The position numbers and the translations under genes are program-made. Shown here piece by piece: positions 29,253-39,756 of a stretch of 64,000 bases of DNA. Origin of the DNA: a virus (lineage: Duplodnaviria > Caudoviricetes); IMG/VR virus record IMGVR_UViG_2654588115_000001, positions 1 through 64,000 of that record; one strand, given 5' to 3'. The number at the start of each line of letters is the position of its first letter. Position 1 is the first letter of the stretch. The notes beneath the pieces are model-generated. The model saw only the letters and a list, made by a program, of their open reading frames with translations, did no database searches and was not told the origin of the DNA.

Positions 29253-29504
29253 ATGCAGATGTCAAAGAAAATGGATGCCGCGACCGAAACGCGAGAATTC
29301 ATCAGTGAAATAATACAAGAGCTACACAAGGAAATCACCACTGGCACAGTCGGTGTGACTAACCAGGACTATTTCTCCGAAGGGTTGAACCGCATACAGA
29401 AAAAGTACAACCTAACGGATGAACAAATTGGAGATATAGTGAAAGATATATCCAATAAAGACCTGGTACATAAGGTCTTAGCAGCGAAAGGACAGGATGA
29501 ATGA
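29253..29504 (+). CDS. hypothetical protein
   Basis: GAGGT RBS; operon packing. Confidence 0.6.
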   Translation: MQMSKKMDAATETREFISEIIQELHKEITTGTVGVTNQDYFSEGLNRIQKKYNLTDEQIGDIVKDISNKDLVHKVLAAKGQDE

Positions 29505-29707
29505 ACCCCATTGAACAGAATAGCTGCCAACTTTTCAACACCGGCAGATTCAACGATATTGTACTGGCCTATGTAATTCTCTCCATGAGAAACGCTAGAA
29601 CGCCCCAGGACGAGGCTTTGAAGCTCATTGATGCCCTCGGTCATAACCTTGACAGCATGACCGCAGAACAAGCCTTACAGCATTACAGGGCAGGTATCAA
29701 CGGATGA
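29501..29707 (+). CDS. hypothetical protein
   Basis: ATGA overlap coupling. Confidence 0.6.
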   Translation: MNPIEQNSCQLFNTGRFNDIVLAYVILSMRNARTPQDEALKLIDALGHNLDSMTAEQALQHYRAGING

Positions 29708-30075
29708 TACTCACCACCAATACCCGGTTCAGCAGCCAGGCACACCAAAATTTCATCTTTGACCATGGCGTATGGCACAAGATGATTCCGGAACGGGCAT
29801 CCCTCATCTACCTGCTTGGTATACTACGGGTCACACGAGAACATATCCGAGAGATTATCGACTTTGAAAATGATGAAATCCAACCAGAATGCCTCTCCCA
29901 GCCCTGGGTAACACCTTTGGCTCGGCGAACCATAATGTTGGCCTTCAATCTCTATACCAACTGGATACCCGATGAGTACCCGGAGGATTGTTCCCCATCC
30001 GCATTGTTTGACAATGACAAAATCCGGGAGTTTATGCAAGAGGGATTAAATATAAGATATAGGAAACCATCATAA
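29704..30075 (+). CDS. DUF6075-like protein
   Basis: LIYLLGI...ECLSQPW.T...LAFNLY motif. Confidence 0.6.
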   Translation: MILTTNTRFSSQAHQNFIFDHGVWHKMIPERASLIYLLGILRVTREHIREIIDFENDEIQPECLSQPWVTPLARRTIMLAFNLYTNWIPDEYPEDCSPSALFDNDKIREFMQEGLNIRYRKPS

Positions 30076-30104
30076 AAAGAGAGCCTGCAACAGGCTCTCT
30101 TTTT
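30076..30104. terminator. bidirectional intrinsic terminator
   Basis: AAAAGAGAGCCTG-caa-CAGGCTCTCTTTT between convergent genes. Confidence 0.85.
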
Positions 30105-30759
30105 ATGCTCTAACCATTTCTAAAGTTACTTTATCATATAGAGATTTTAGTTCATTAATTGCTTTTCTTACAACTTCGATATTATCTACTTTATCACATT
30201 CAATAGTCTTATATATTTGTGTTCTGTAAATTTTATTTTCACTAATAATATTTTTTAATTCATCTTTATCTCTAAGTGGGACAACCTTAGTGCTTCTTCT
30301 TTTTGAGATACCATATTGGAAACCGCTTGGTAAATCCATCGTAAGAGTTATATCGTTGTACTTATTAATCATTTTATAAGTAGTTTGTTTTTCATTTATT
30401 TCCAAAGCAACTCTATACTCTGCTTTTTCATTATTAGGTTCTGCAAACAAAGAAATACTAACTGCCCCACCAACATAATTGATATTCTGCAATTCTGCCC
30501 ATAAATATGTTCTAATTCTTCTTCGTGTTCCATCGAGCACATTATTATGTTGGACAAAAACAAAATCTGTATTTGCACATATGTTTTCAACTTCTTTATT
30601 AAAAACTTCAATCATATGCAGAGAATTTTTATATAAATCTTCCATATATTTTTTTTCATTTGCATCGATTATCTTTTTAGGAGATTTATACGCTTTGCCA
30701 CAGCAGGACATAATATAGTTAGCCAATTCACTATTATTCATGCTCGCAACCTTCTTCAT
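30103..30759 (-). CDS. R-M-associated hypothetical protein
   Basis: Last gene of the low-GC cassette; YLWAEL...SISLF resembles DNA-recognition N-domains of type IV nucleases (tentative). Confidence 0.55.
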   Translation of the reverse strand: MKKVASMNNSELANYIMSCCGKAYKSPKKIIDANEKKYMEDLYKNSLHMIEVFNKEVENICANTDFVFVQHNNVLDGTRRRIRTYLWAELQNINYVGGAVSISLFAEPNNEKAEYRVALEINEKQTTYKMINKYNDITLTMDLPSGFQYGISKRRSTKVVPLRDKDELKNIISENKIYRTQIYKTIECDKVDNIEVVRKAINELKSLYDKVTLEMVRA

Positions 30760-31720
30760 TTAGATATTTTGTCACTTGATTAGCTATATGCCAAAACATA
30801 ACAGGAGGAATTGCATTCCCTAATGCCCTATACTGACTTGAATCACTACCACAGAGCTTGAAGTCCTCCGGGAAAGACTGTATTCTTGCTACCTCTCTAG
30901 GAGTAAATCTTCTATACTTGTCATTTTCAAACAATACAGGGTCAGTACTGTTCAAGGATACTTTTGCTAAATGAGCACCAACTGTATTGCATGGGCCATT
31001 AATATCCTGGGCTCTTCCTTTATTCATTGAATCACGATTTTTCATCATTCCATCAACTGCTCTTTGCGAAAAGTAATATTTGTCCGGCACATCTTCTTCG
31101 AGAACTTTTCTTAATGGAACATAATCACTGCTATCATTAATTAAAGACTCTGGAAACTCAAAGTCAACATTCAAGTCTTTTCTAAAGCCTACAATTATAA
31201 CCCTTTCTCTTTTCTGTGGAACCCCATACTCAACAGCCTTAACAATATCATACTTAACTGTATAACCAGAATCCTCGAATTCTTTTATAATCAAAGGAAA
31301 CGCCTCATGTTTATTGGCAGTTAATATCCCTTTAACATTTTCCGCAATAAAGCATTTAGGTTTTTTTTCACGTAATATTCTACACATCTCGAAGAAAAGC
31401 ATTCCCTTATCGTCTTTAATACCCAGTCTTTTTGGATTCTGGGCTACTATTGAAAAACTTTGACACGGGAAACCACCAGTTAAAATATCAATTTCTGGTA
31501 TTTCGGATGATTTAACTGTTCTAATATCTCTATTATCCGGTTTTAATCCAAAATTTTCTTCAAAAATATTGCAAGCCGATTCTTCAATATCATTAGCATA
31601 TACAATTTCCATACCATTGTCATTATAGTGATTTCCTAAAAAGTTAAAATCACCTAACAACCCAACATCAGTTCCTCCACACCCACAAAACAAAGATGCA
31701 ACTTTTAATTTCCGTTCCAC
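30734..31720 (-). CDS. DNA cytosine-5 methyltransferase M2
   Basis: LFCGCGG, GGFPCQ, ENVKG, QKRER, REVARIQSFP, LGNAIPP. Confidence 0.95.
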   Translation of the reverse strand: MERKLKVASLFCGCGGTDVGLLGDFNFLGNHYNDNGMEIVYANDIEESACNIFEENFGLKPDNRDIRTVKSSEIPEIDILTGGFPCQSFSIVAQNPKRLGIKDDKGMLFFEMCRILREKKPKCFIAENVKGILTANKHEAFPLIIKEFEDSGYTVKYDIVKAVEYGVPQKRERVIIVGFRKDLNVDFEFPESLINDSSDYVPLRKVLEEDVPDKYYFSQRAVDGMMKNRDSMNKGRAQDINGPCNTVGAHLAKVSLNSTDPVLFENDKYRRFTPREVARIQSFPEDFKLCGSDSSQYRALGNAIPPVMFWHIANQVTKYLNEEGCEHE

Positions 31721-33135
31721 GCTAATAACTCCTCATATTGTCCAGCTTTTTCCTTAAATGTTATTTCCATTCCATCTCTAGGCGCTATTGAAATTAAATC
31801 ATCCTTAAATAATTTGACAGGGTCATTTAATATAAATAATTTTATATTCGACTTGCTTATCATCAATCTGTAAACAAAATACCTATTTGTATAGCTTGTT
31901 GCAGCTTGCCATTCATTAGGCGTAAGATGAATTTTATTAAAAACAATAGGCCTATTACTAATAGTAGTCTTTACTTCTATATTCCTTATAGTTTCGTCAA
32001 GTTCTCTTGAGCTAATATCATATCCAACAGCTAATTCTGTCGGCATCTTTTTCACCAAATGTATAAGGTCTTCTCTACCACCAATTCGTAGTCTCTCACA
32101 CTCGTGCCCTTCAACTAACGTTTCGCCAATATCGCCAATATCTTTGGTGTTTAAGTTGTCAAATTTATTAATTTTTTCAAGATAAACCGCAAATTGTTTC
32201 ATTCTTTCATTACGATTATCTTTTTCACTATCCAACGCATCGCAAATATAATTTGTTATATCTGTGCTAAAGTCTGTGTCGGTTAGTTCTCTGTTAACAT
32301 ATCTAAACCAGTTCGATTTACAATTATTAATCTCATCTAGTGAAGCCGTTCCTCTTTCAATGTACTCATCATACTCATCGAACCATTCATTTGAATTAAC
32401 GAACCTAAGTATTGTTTCATTTTCTCTATGGTTCAAGTAGAAATGTTTTCCATTATACGACGTTAATAAATTTGCTAATTCCATATAATCAAGTATATCT
32501 CCTGCATACCTAATTATATCTCCTTCTTGAACATACTCCCTTTCCAATTCTCTATTTTTTTGAATACGATGCCACGCATTTATAGGAGGTTCATTATCCC
32601 TAGTACATCTCAAATCGTTAAATATGCAATAACAAGCCTCTGCTTTTGTAATATAGCATTTTTTTCCTGTTTCTTTTTCTGCATCACTTAATACTCTTAG
32701 AAAATATGCTACAGGCTTAAATCTTATTTTATTTTCGATAAGTTCTTTTATATATTTAGCTTTTACATGCGCCCCAGGATATTGAAATGTAAAACAAAAT
32801 CTCTTAAAGAATCTTACCAAATCATTTGATTCAGCCAACTCATTTGCACTTAGACAAGCATGATTTTTTCTATATTCATCTTCATAGAACAATCCAAACA
32901 GTGATGAGATTTCCGTTCTCCAATTATTCATTGTCTTCACTGTCACTGTCGCATTTCCAGGAAAGCATCTTATTGATTTTAACAGCTCTTCATTAAATTC
33001 ATCTTTGTCTCTACTACCAATTCTATTAATCTCAGAAGCCATATAAATCAATACTGCTTCTACATTAGACTTAAAGCGTGGTCTGCAATGATGTATTCTA
33101 AAGTTGTATTCTTCCGGAGTATGATATATAGACAC
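31705..33135 (-). CDS. type II restriction endonuclease (C-terminal PD-(D/E)xK, DUF3883-like)
   Basis: Between two MTases; GDIGE...GYDISS...IEVKTT...LTPNEW catalytic signature. Confidence 0.8.
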   Translation of the reverse strand: MSIYHTPEEYNFRIHHCRPRFKSNVEAVLIYMASEINRIGSRDKDEFNEELLKSIRCFPGNATVTVKTMNNWRTEISSLFGLFYEDEYRKNHACLSANELAESNDLVRFFKRFCFTFQYPGAHVKAKYIKELIENKIRFKPVAYFLRVLSDAEKETGKKCYITKAEACYCIFNDLRCTRDNEPPINAWHRIQKNRELEREYVQEGDIIRYAGDILDYMELANLLTSYNGKHFYLNHRENETILRFVNSNEWFDEYDEYIERGTASLDEINNCKSNWFRYVNRELTDTDFSTDITNYICDALDSEKDNRNERMKQFAVYLEKINKFDNLNTKDIGDIGETLVEGHECERLRIGGREDLIHLVKKMPTELAVGYDISSRELDETIRNIEVKTTISNRPIVFNKIHLTPNEWQAATSYTNRYFVYRLMISKSNIKLFILNDPVKLFKDDLISIAPRDGMEITFKEKAGQYEELLAWNGN

Positions 33136-33137
33136 AA

Positions 33138-34229
33138 TTATCTCTCCTCTTTAGCTTCAAGGACTTTTCTTACTTGCTTTGCTATTTCCTGTGCCATAAG
33201 TGGTGGCACAGCATTTCCCACTTGTCTAAATTGCTGTGTTTTATTACCTAAAAACCGAAAATCATCTGGGAATGATTGTAATCTTGCACATTCTCTTACA
33301 GTCGGAACTCTATTATATTTGTAATGGAAATGATGTCTATGTCCTGTATCTATTGTTGGAGCAGGCTTATTATCTGGAAATCTCGTCCATGCAACATGGA
33401 AATTTCTTGTATTTCTATATTCTTCTGGTAAATCCTTGTAATTTCCTCCGGCAGGAACTAAAGATATAATCTTTCTAACTCTTTCCGTATGGTTAGCAGC
33501 TATATGGTTTTTTACACTGTCCGAATTTTTTCTCATTAATTTTTGATAATCATTTTGCGGTTGAACTGCATAATCCTGGATTTCTTCTCCTAATGTATCT
33601 TCTAATGGAGGCAAATCTGACAAAGCCATTTCGCAGGTGACTATTTCAGATTTAGGCGTAGGATAATGAAATTCTATATTTGCATCCTTCGTCCCCACAA
33701 AAATAACTCTTCTTCTATTTTGTGGAACTCCATAATCAGCAGAACATAATATTTCGCATTTAACATCATAACCCATTTTCCCAAATTCTGTTAAAATGCT
33801 TTCTTTAATTTTTCCCTTAAACAAACCGACAAGACCAGGTACATTCTCAATGACAAATGCTTTTGGTTGGATTTCCTTAACCAGTCTAATATATGACAAA
33901 TATAGTTTATTTCGTGGGTCATCAAACTTTCTAGGGCCAGATAGCGACATGCCCTGACATGGCGGCCCACCAACTATTATATCAATAGTTTTATCTCCGA
34001 TAAGAGGTTTTATATCCTTCTCATAAGTAATTGTTGTTATATCACCACAAATAGACTTTGCCCCTTTATGGTTTAATTCAAATGTTTCTAATGCTTTCTG
34101 GTCACTGTCTATTCCTACTAAAATATCAAAATTATCCTGTTGAAAGCCATAAGAAAGGCCGCCAGCACCACAAAATAAGTCTATTGCATTATATTTTTTC
34201 ACCTTATTTATCACCTTTTCAAAATACAT
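33138..34229 (-). CDS. DNA cytosine-5 methyltransferase M1
   Basis: DLFCGAGG, GGPPCQ, ENVPG, QNRRR, RECARLQSFP, QVGNAVPP. Confidence 0.95.
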   Translation of the reverse strand: MYFEKVINKVKKYNAIDLFCGAGGLSYGFQQDNFDILVGIDSDQKALETFELNHKGAKSICGDITTITYEKDIKPLIGDKTIDIIVGGPPCQGMSLSGPRKFDDPRNKLYLSYIRLVKEIQPKAFVIENVPGLVGLFKGKIKESILTEFGKMGYDVKCEILCSADYGVPQNRRRVIFVGTKDANIEFHYPTPKSEIVTCEMALSDLPPLEDTLGEEIQDYAVQPQNDYQKLMRKNSDSVKNHIAANHTERVRKIISLVPAGGNYKDLPEEYRNTRNFHVAWTRFPDNKPAPTIDTGHRHHFHYKYNRVPTVRECARLQSFPDDFRFLGNKTQQFRQVGNAVPPLMAQEIAKQVRKVLEAKEER

Positions 34230-34238
34230 TTAACTATC

Positions 34239-34442
34239 TCATTTATCTATAGACCCAAACACTCTTGTCATTCCTGTCACGCTAATAAGCCACGTTCCTC
34301 CCGATTTTCTTGCTTCCATCGAGGTAAATCTTGCAGCTACATTAGCATAGCCTGTACATGCTTGTCTAACAGTTATAGGTGCGAGATGCCAGCGCGCTGC
34401 CGCCTCTGATGCCGTCATGACATTTTCAAGCTCACTACGCAT
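34239..34442 (-). CDS. small winged-helix/HTH DNA-binding protein heading the R-M operon
   Basis: VMTASEAAARW.L...TVRQAC...ARKSGGTWLIS; GAGGAGAG RBS. Confidence 0.75.
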   Translation of the reverse strand: MRSELENVMTASEAAARWHLAPITVRQACTGYANVAARFTSMEARKSGGTWLISVTGMTRVFGSIDK

Positions 34443-34892
34443 TACTACTCCTCCTCATACTAATCCTAGTATAATATTATACAAGATATCCAATAATATT
34501 TCAATCTTTTTCGATTGGAGTTTTATATTTACCTTATTATCATTACTTTAAGTTAATTATCCTTTCAATTCCTTCAATGTATATCATTTGTATCATAATT
34601 ATTTAAGCTATATCATTTATCAAATAATAATCATCCAATCAACATTTATATCAATATGTAGATTTTTAAGATTATTTGAATTATACATTTTTTAGCGAGC
34701 ACATATTAGAATAATTAATCAAATTTTTAGCCCATAAAAAAAGTCTGCTGCAATCACTATGCAACAGACCTTTTGCGTATTTCCTTTACCTGCTGAGCTT
34801 CCCCGCTCTTGAAGGATTTCATCACTTCCCCAAGTGACAACAGCTATTATACGCCTCTCATATACATAAAGCAACCCCGAAACCTTATTATT

Positions 34893-34940
34893 TTCATTAC
34901 GCCATTATACCATTACACATGTATAACATTATACATGTGT
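34893..34940. repeat. octamer array 6
   Basis: ttcattac gccattat accattac acatgtat aacattat acatgtgt. Confidence 0.8.
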
Positions 34941-34963
34941 AATGTCCAAATTCACTTACCCTC

Positions 34964-35614
34964 TTACTGCCTCAGTTCCCATGTAAACGCCACGGTATCG
35001 CTGATTCTAATATCATCCGGCTGCATATCAAAATTAGCGCTCCCTGCTTCACACGCTGTGAATTTATCATCTGATTCAAAGCAAACCTCACTCCAGCTGT
35101 AGTCAATAGATAGAAGTTTTCCCAGTTTGACATTTGATGCTTTGCATAATATATTTGCTTTTTCAAAAGCATCCTTTGTTGCCTTTTCCAAAATCTCCTT
35201 TTTGACACCATCTTCATCCGATATTTTGAAGCCAATGTTGACTTCCGGATTTACAATGCTCATAGCCAAAACAGAAATCACCCCATCTAATTTCTTCATA
35301 TCGAATGGAAATGACAGGCTAAGACTTTGTGTAACCTTATACCCTAAAAAATGCCTTATGTAGTCTCCATCTTTGGTCCGCGTGTCCTCATAATCTTGGT
35401 CAATATCAAAATTCCTGGTTTTCAAGTCTTCTTTCTTGAATCCCAGAGAAGTAATGTTACTTTGAATCAGCTGCACTTGTTTTGCAGCATTCTCTACCGC
35501 TTCACTATAACTGGGGTCTTTTGCTTTTATATACAATGAAACCTCGATTGTATCTGGAGTTCTTTTTACACGCCCCACGCCCTTAACTTGAATATACGGT
35601 TCTTGGTTAATCAT
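34964..35614 (-). CDS. SIMPL (DUF541) domain protein
   Basis: IQVKGVGRV...PD...A..DAFEKA..L.....KLGKLLSI signature. Confidence 0.85.
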   Translation of the reverse strand: MINQEPYIQVKGVGRVKRTPDTIEVSLYIKAKDPSYSEAVENAAKQVQLIQSNITSLGFKKEDLKTRNFDIDQDYEDTRTKDGDYIRHFLGYKVTQSLSLSFPFDMKKLDGVISVLAMSIVNPEVNIGFKISDEDGVKKEILEKATKDAFEKANILCKASNVKLGKLLSIDYSWSEVCFESDDKFTACEAGSANFDMQPDDIRISDTVAFTWELRQ

Positions 35615-35626
35615 AAATATTCCCCC

Positions 35627-36442
35627 TTATTCATATGCGGTTCCAATAGGTGTTTTCAAATAATTATTCAAATCATTCGTAGCAATTTTCATGCGTTCGC
35701 CTTTCTTATCCAGTAAATAGATGCCCCCCCAATCATAATCGTTATAAAATACCATTTTGCGGCCACTCTGCAAATGCAAAGCAAACTTACTTATGTATGA
35801 TTGCAGATTTTCTTCTAAATATATTCCCCATGAGCCTGTAAAATCATTGTCAGCTGCCGAATATGAACATTCTTCTACTGAAACATCTTCTATAATATCT
35901 CCTTTTAAGCAGGCTAACAATTTTCTCGAATCGTATGAATACTTTATTGAGTCATCACTCTGATAATATTTTTCTGGAATACAATCCTTAGACATTCTTA
36001 CCGAACTTGACTCACTAAAATCTATCTCAAATTTTCCTTTATCCGTTAATAAAATAACGGGCGTATCTATCCAGCTAATATCATAATCAATATAGCCTTT
36101 ATTATTTAACCACGCAATAACTTCATCATAATCCCACGGTTCATACTCATACTCTCCAGATGGTTTAATTCTTTTAACACACATATTTGGATATAAGGAC
36201 GATACATGTATGTTTCCCAAGTGGCCTATGCTATCTTCAACTATCGCTATTTCTTTAATTTCAGCATCAATAAGTCCTATTATTTTAATAAATTCTTTTA
36301 GGACAGATGGTTGTTGAATAAATGGAGCACTCCATTCTCTGCCATTGAATTCTTTACTATCAAATGTGTCTGTACCGCCTAATGTTTGTAGGTTATTCAA
36401 ACTTATAAAATCTTTCACTCTTTGTTCATACACTTTCATCAC
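35627..36442 (-). CDS. hypothetical low-GC protein
   Basis: 271-aa ORF co-oriented with SIMPL gene. Confidence 0.7.
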   Translation of the reverse strand: MMKVYEQRVKDFISLNNLQTLGGTDTFDSKEFNGREWSAPFIQQPSVLKEFIKIIGLIDAEIKEIAIVEDSIGHLGNIHVSSLYPNMCVKRIKPSGEYEYEPWDYDEVIAWLNNKGYIDYDISWIDTPVILLTDKGKFEIDFSESSSVRMSKDCIPEKYYQSDDSIKYSYDSRKLLACLKGDIIEDVSVEECSYSAADNDFTGSWGIYLEENLQSYISKFALHLQSGRKMVFYNDYDWGGIYLLDKKGERMKIATNDLNNYLKTPIGTAYE

Positions 36443-36546
36443 TTCCTACATCAGTACAATTATGTACGAATCCAACTCTCTGCTAGTATTTCGATATTCC
36501 ATCCTTCTTTTCCTGCCCCCGAAATGCTGTTACCCCTCCCCACCCC

Positions 36547-36610
36547 ACCATTACACCATTACACCATTATACATGTATACCATTATGACATTATACAATT
36601 ATACATGTAT
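36547..36610. repeat. octamer array 7 (8 units)
   Basis: accattac accattac accattat acatgtat accattat gacattat acaattat acatgtat. Confidence 0.85.
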
Positions 36611-36656
36611 ATGCACACAAAAGCCCGTGAGCACTATGCCCACGGGCCTTTCCATA

Positions 36657-36998
36657 TCATTTCGCTCTGGCCTTTTCCAGCTTTTTCATGCGTTTCTCAT
36701 ACGCCTTTTCCAGTTTCTCTACTGTTCCAGGTTCCAGGTGCTGACGAAAATCTTCCCAATCCTCGTTCTCCATGCGCCCTCCCATCCATGCCAGGAAGGT
36801 ACTATGTTTTATCCAAAATTCTCCTCCATCCGTACCATTTAGATTCAGAGGGTCATTCATCATACACCGCCGATATGCCAGATAGTTTTTTAGGTGAATT
36901 AACTCCGGAGAAGAACAATAAATTCCCTGTGTTTTACTGGTGTAAGCCACCTCTTTTTTTCGTCCGGCACCTTCTCTTTTTCCGCCCCAATTATTCAT
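36657..36998 (-). CDS. putative DNA-binding protein (WGGKREGAGRK motif)
   Basis: N-terminal GGxRxGAGRK motif common in small regulators. Confidence 0.65.
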   Translation of the reverse strand: MNNWGGKREGAGRKKEVAYTSKTQGIYCSSPELIHLKNYLAYRRCMMNDPLNLNGTDGGEFWIKHSTFLAWMGGRMENEDWEDFRQHLEPGTVEKLEKAYEKRMKKLEKARAK

Positions 36999-37506
36999 TG
37001 CTATTCTCCCCTATTACGATAGTTTCAATCGGCTTGGCGTATGTGGTAAAATCATATCCATTTTCTCTGCTGATTACCTTTAATGCATAACCGAATATAT
37101 CACAGATAATCTGAAATTGAGAAACACTAAAAGTCTGGTCGCGAATTTTTTGAGCAAACCCCGTTTGACTGGATTTTTTCCCTGTGCGATTTTCATATTC
37201 TTTACGCAGCACCTCGCGAGAAATTCCATTTTTCTCCAATTCATTTTCGATAAATTCACGGCTAGTAAAAAACTCACTGTATTTATTATCCGTGTTATCC
37301 TTATTTACGATACAGGAATAACATCCGAGAATGTCACATAATACTTGAAACTCATGCACTCTCAAAGTTCCATTATTAATCTTAACCTTTAATGTTGACG
37401 AGGAATAATTCGCCCCGGTTCTTTCATTATATTCATTTATATATTCCTTTTGTTTTATCCCACAGGCACTAGCCATGGCCTTCAAGATAATTTTCGTATC
37501 AAACAT
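36991..37506 (-). CDS. tandem XRE-like HTH protein
   Basis: Two internal repeats (Y..RTG..S......KI...T..V.EFQ..CDI.G). Confidence 0.7.
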   Translation of the reverse strand: MFDTKIILKAMASACGIKQKEYINEYNERTGANYSSSTLKVKINNGTLRVHEFQVLCDILGCYSCIVNKDNTDNKYSEFFTSREFIENELEKNGISREVLRKEYENRTGKKSSQTGFAQKIRDQTFSVSQFQIICDIFGYALKVISRENGYDFTTYAKPIETIVIGENSNE

Positions 37507-37786
37507 TTATAATAAATCCTCCGTATAATCTTCCATCACACCATAATTATAACAAAACCAATCTTGATTTTCAATAAGAAAATCATCTTGATATGCATAT
37601 AGTTTTTCAAAGTACGAAAATACAACAAAAAAGCCCCCAGACGAACCACAACGCCGTCTAAGGGCTTTTACCATATTACGCAACTGTTTATACCTAAATC
37701 CATAAACAAAGCCGTCTACGGCAATCCTACGAGGTCATTTTTCAACAGACTCTTGATTCTTGATTTCCATTCATCTACAATGTAAT

Positions 37787-37875
37787 CAGAAGGTATCCTC
37801 ATACCTTCCCTCTAGTTACTTGCGCTTCTTGGGTTTTCGCTTGGTAGGCTGACCCTTGGAGCGCTTTTATTTTTT
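37787..37875 (+). ncRNA. small RNA candidate
   Basis: TTGATT-17-TACAAT promoter; GAAGGTAT/ATACCTTC hairpin, CCTTCCCT tract, terminal GCGCT..AGCGC plus T-run. Confidence 0.5.
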
Positions 37876-37926
37876 CCAGGTCATTTCTTTTCATCTTCAC
37901 CATCCATTTGAAAAACTATAAGAAAA

Positions 37927-38403
37927 TCAAAATATTGCCTCTATACCATCATTCTTCGTTCCTCGCTGATATACCTTCAAATCACACCCCAGAATATCTG
38001 CCATGACCTGCAATTCCATGACCGTCACATTCTCCCCGGTAATCTTTGCGCTGATGCTGGACCGGCTGATGTTCTTCCCGGTCCTCTCCGTAACAATCTG
38101 CCGCAATTCCTCCTGTGTCATTTTCTTGGCTGCCATAATGAACTTCAACTGCTTTTCTATGGGCAGAGCCATTAACAGAGCATCAGTAGCCCTGTCACGA
38201 TACCACATTTCAAACCCACATATATCACAAATGATGGCAAAATCAACCGCTTTCAGTTTCCGGTTCTTTATTTTGTAGTCAATGGCTTGCGCCGAGTAAT
38301 TAGAATCCGCTACCATATTGAAACGCTCTGTGAGTTCCCTTGTTCTAAGATTCGCAGAGCCCATCATGCCTTTTGTCGTATGCTTTACATCGAACAACTC
38401 CAT
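37927..38403 (-). CDS. tandem XRE-like HTH protein (paralog of 36991..37506)
   Basis: Two repeats ending ICDICG / MADILG; probable start MELFDVK. Confidence 0.7.
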   Translation of the reverse strand: MELFDVKHTTKGMMGSANLRTRELTERFNMVADSNYSAQAIDYKIKNRKLKAVDFAIICDICGFEMWYRDRATDALLMALPIEKQLKFIMAAKKMTQEELRQIVTERTGKNISRSSISAKITGENVTVMELQVMADILGCDLKVYQRGTKNDGIEAIF

Positions 38404-38484
38404 CACCCCATCAATAGTATAGCACGAATTAAGTTTGAAAAACATTAAGAAAATCAAAAAGCCACCCCGAAAGGTGACTTCATG

Positions 38485-39042
38485 TTATCGGTTATCTTTA
38501 TTCCTGCGGCATTTCTCGCAATAGCAGCACCGCGTATTCGTATCGTCAAAGCACTCTGCCATATACTCCGGCATCCGGCACTTCCGCAGGTTCTTCATGG
38601 CTGCATCCATTGGATAACACACCTTCACCATCGGAGTTCCTGCCTCGTATATCGGAGAATCCCTACGCAGAAACTCCTGCAGTCCCTCGGCGTATTTGCG
38701 GATGGTCAGCAGACGCTTGCTCACCGCTTGATGGGAAATCCCCAGGGCATCCCCTATTTCCGCATAGGTCTTGCCACGAACCACCATCACCAGTACCTTC
38801 CAATTTTCCTTCGAGAGCTTATTCCGCAGGTTTACCAGATGTTCTCGCAGGGCAATCGCCCTTTCTTCCTCTATGAGGATTTCCGCAGGGTCACGGGGAA
38901 TCTTCATATAATCCTCGGGCAAAGGCTTTTTATCCTCTGCCCATGCAAGGAAATTCAGTCGGTTCAACGTATCACCGAGCGTAACGCGGCCGGCATTGTA
39001 ATCATCCACAAGCTGGCGCAGATAATCAATCGCCATTGGCAA
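38485..39042 (-). CDS. sigma70 region-4-like transcription regulator with C-terminal Cys cluster
   Basis: LSKENWKVL...GKTYAEIGDALGISHQAVSKRL; CCYCEKC. Confidence 0.75.
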   Translation of the reverse strand: MPMAIDYLRQLVDDYNAGRVTLGDTLNRLNFLAWAEDKKPLPEDYMKIPRDPAEILIEEERAIALREHLVNLRNKLSKENWKVLVMVVRGKTYAEIGDALGISHQAVSKRLLTIRKYAEGLQEFLRRDSPIYEAGTPMVKVCYPMDAAMKNLRKCRMPEYMAECFDDTNTRCCYCEKCRRNKDNR

Positions 39043-39340
39043 TGACCTCCTTTGCGCTCCGCGCTTTCTTCACGGTGTTCAGTTTATATTCCGATGTAGC
39101 AAACCGCATATTATAACCGGTCTTGCTGCCGAAGAACTGACAACGGCGAACCACCGAACCATCCGGCAGCACACGGACACCTTTATCTTTTCTTCCCAAC
39201 TCCCCCTTAGAGTCCACATACCGCACATCCGGAGAATACTCCAGAAGCTGTGCAAGAGTACGGCACAAATCATCCGACTCGACCATCAGACGATACAAAT
39301 TACCATCATTGTTCAAGTCCATGAGTATCTGATGAATCAA
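39026..39340 (-). CDS. hypothetical protein
   Basis: TTGA-coupled to the dUTPase gene. Confidence 0.65.
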   Translation of the reverse strand: MIHQILMDLNNDGNLYRLMVESDDLCRTLAQLLEYSPDVRYVDSKGELGRKDKGVRVLPDGSVVRRCQFFGSKTGYNMRFATSEYKLNTVKKARSAKEVIANGD

Positions 39341-39756
39341 CGGCCGGTACTCCCAAAGCCACCACGGTTCGGTCCATCCAGGTCAGACACCAGAGAAAAC
39401 TTCACCGACTTCATCACCGGCACGGCGCGGAACTGTGCAATGCGCTCTCCCTTACGGATAACGCCATCCCTCGTGGCAAATACAGGAAAATGCCATTCGT
39501 CACCATTCCCGGCATAGGCATTGTCGATAATGCCCGTTCCATTCACCAACAGTACCCCATACTTCTTGAAGGTCGAGCTTCTGGGGAGCAGATGCCCCTC
39601 ATAGCCCTGCGGCAACCTCATGGCCACCCCCAGGGGAATCATCACGAAATCCCCTTTGTTATACTTCACCGTCAATCCGGCTTTCAGGTCCACCCAATCC
39701 CCATGCCGTTCCGGCAGGGAGCCAGGGCGAATCTCCTTGACTTTAATCTTCATCAA
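39337..39756 (-). CDS. dut: trimeric dUTPase
   Basis: Motifs VDL, PRSS, GIIDNAY.G, GERIAQ, RGGFGSTG. Confidence 0.93.
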   Translation of the reverse strand: MMKIKVKEIRPGSLPERHGDWVDLKAGLTVKYNKGDFVMIPLGVAMRLPQGYEGHLLPRSSTFKKYGVLLVNGTGIIDNAYAGNGDEWHFPVFATRDGVIRKGERIAQFRAVPVMKSVKFSLVSDLDGPNRGGFGSTGR

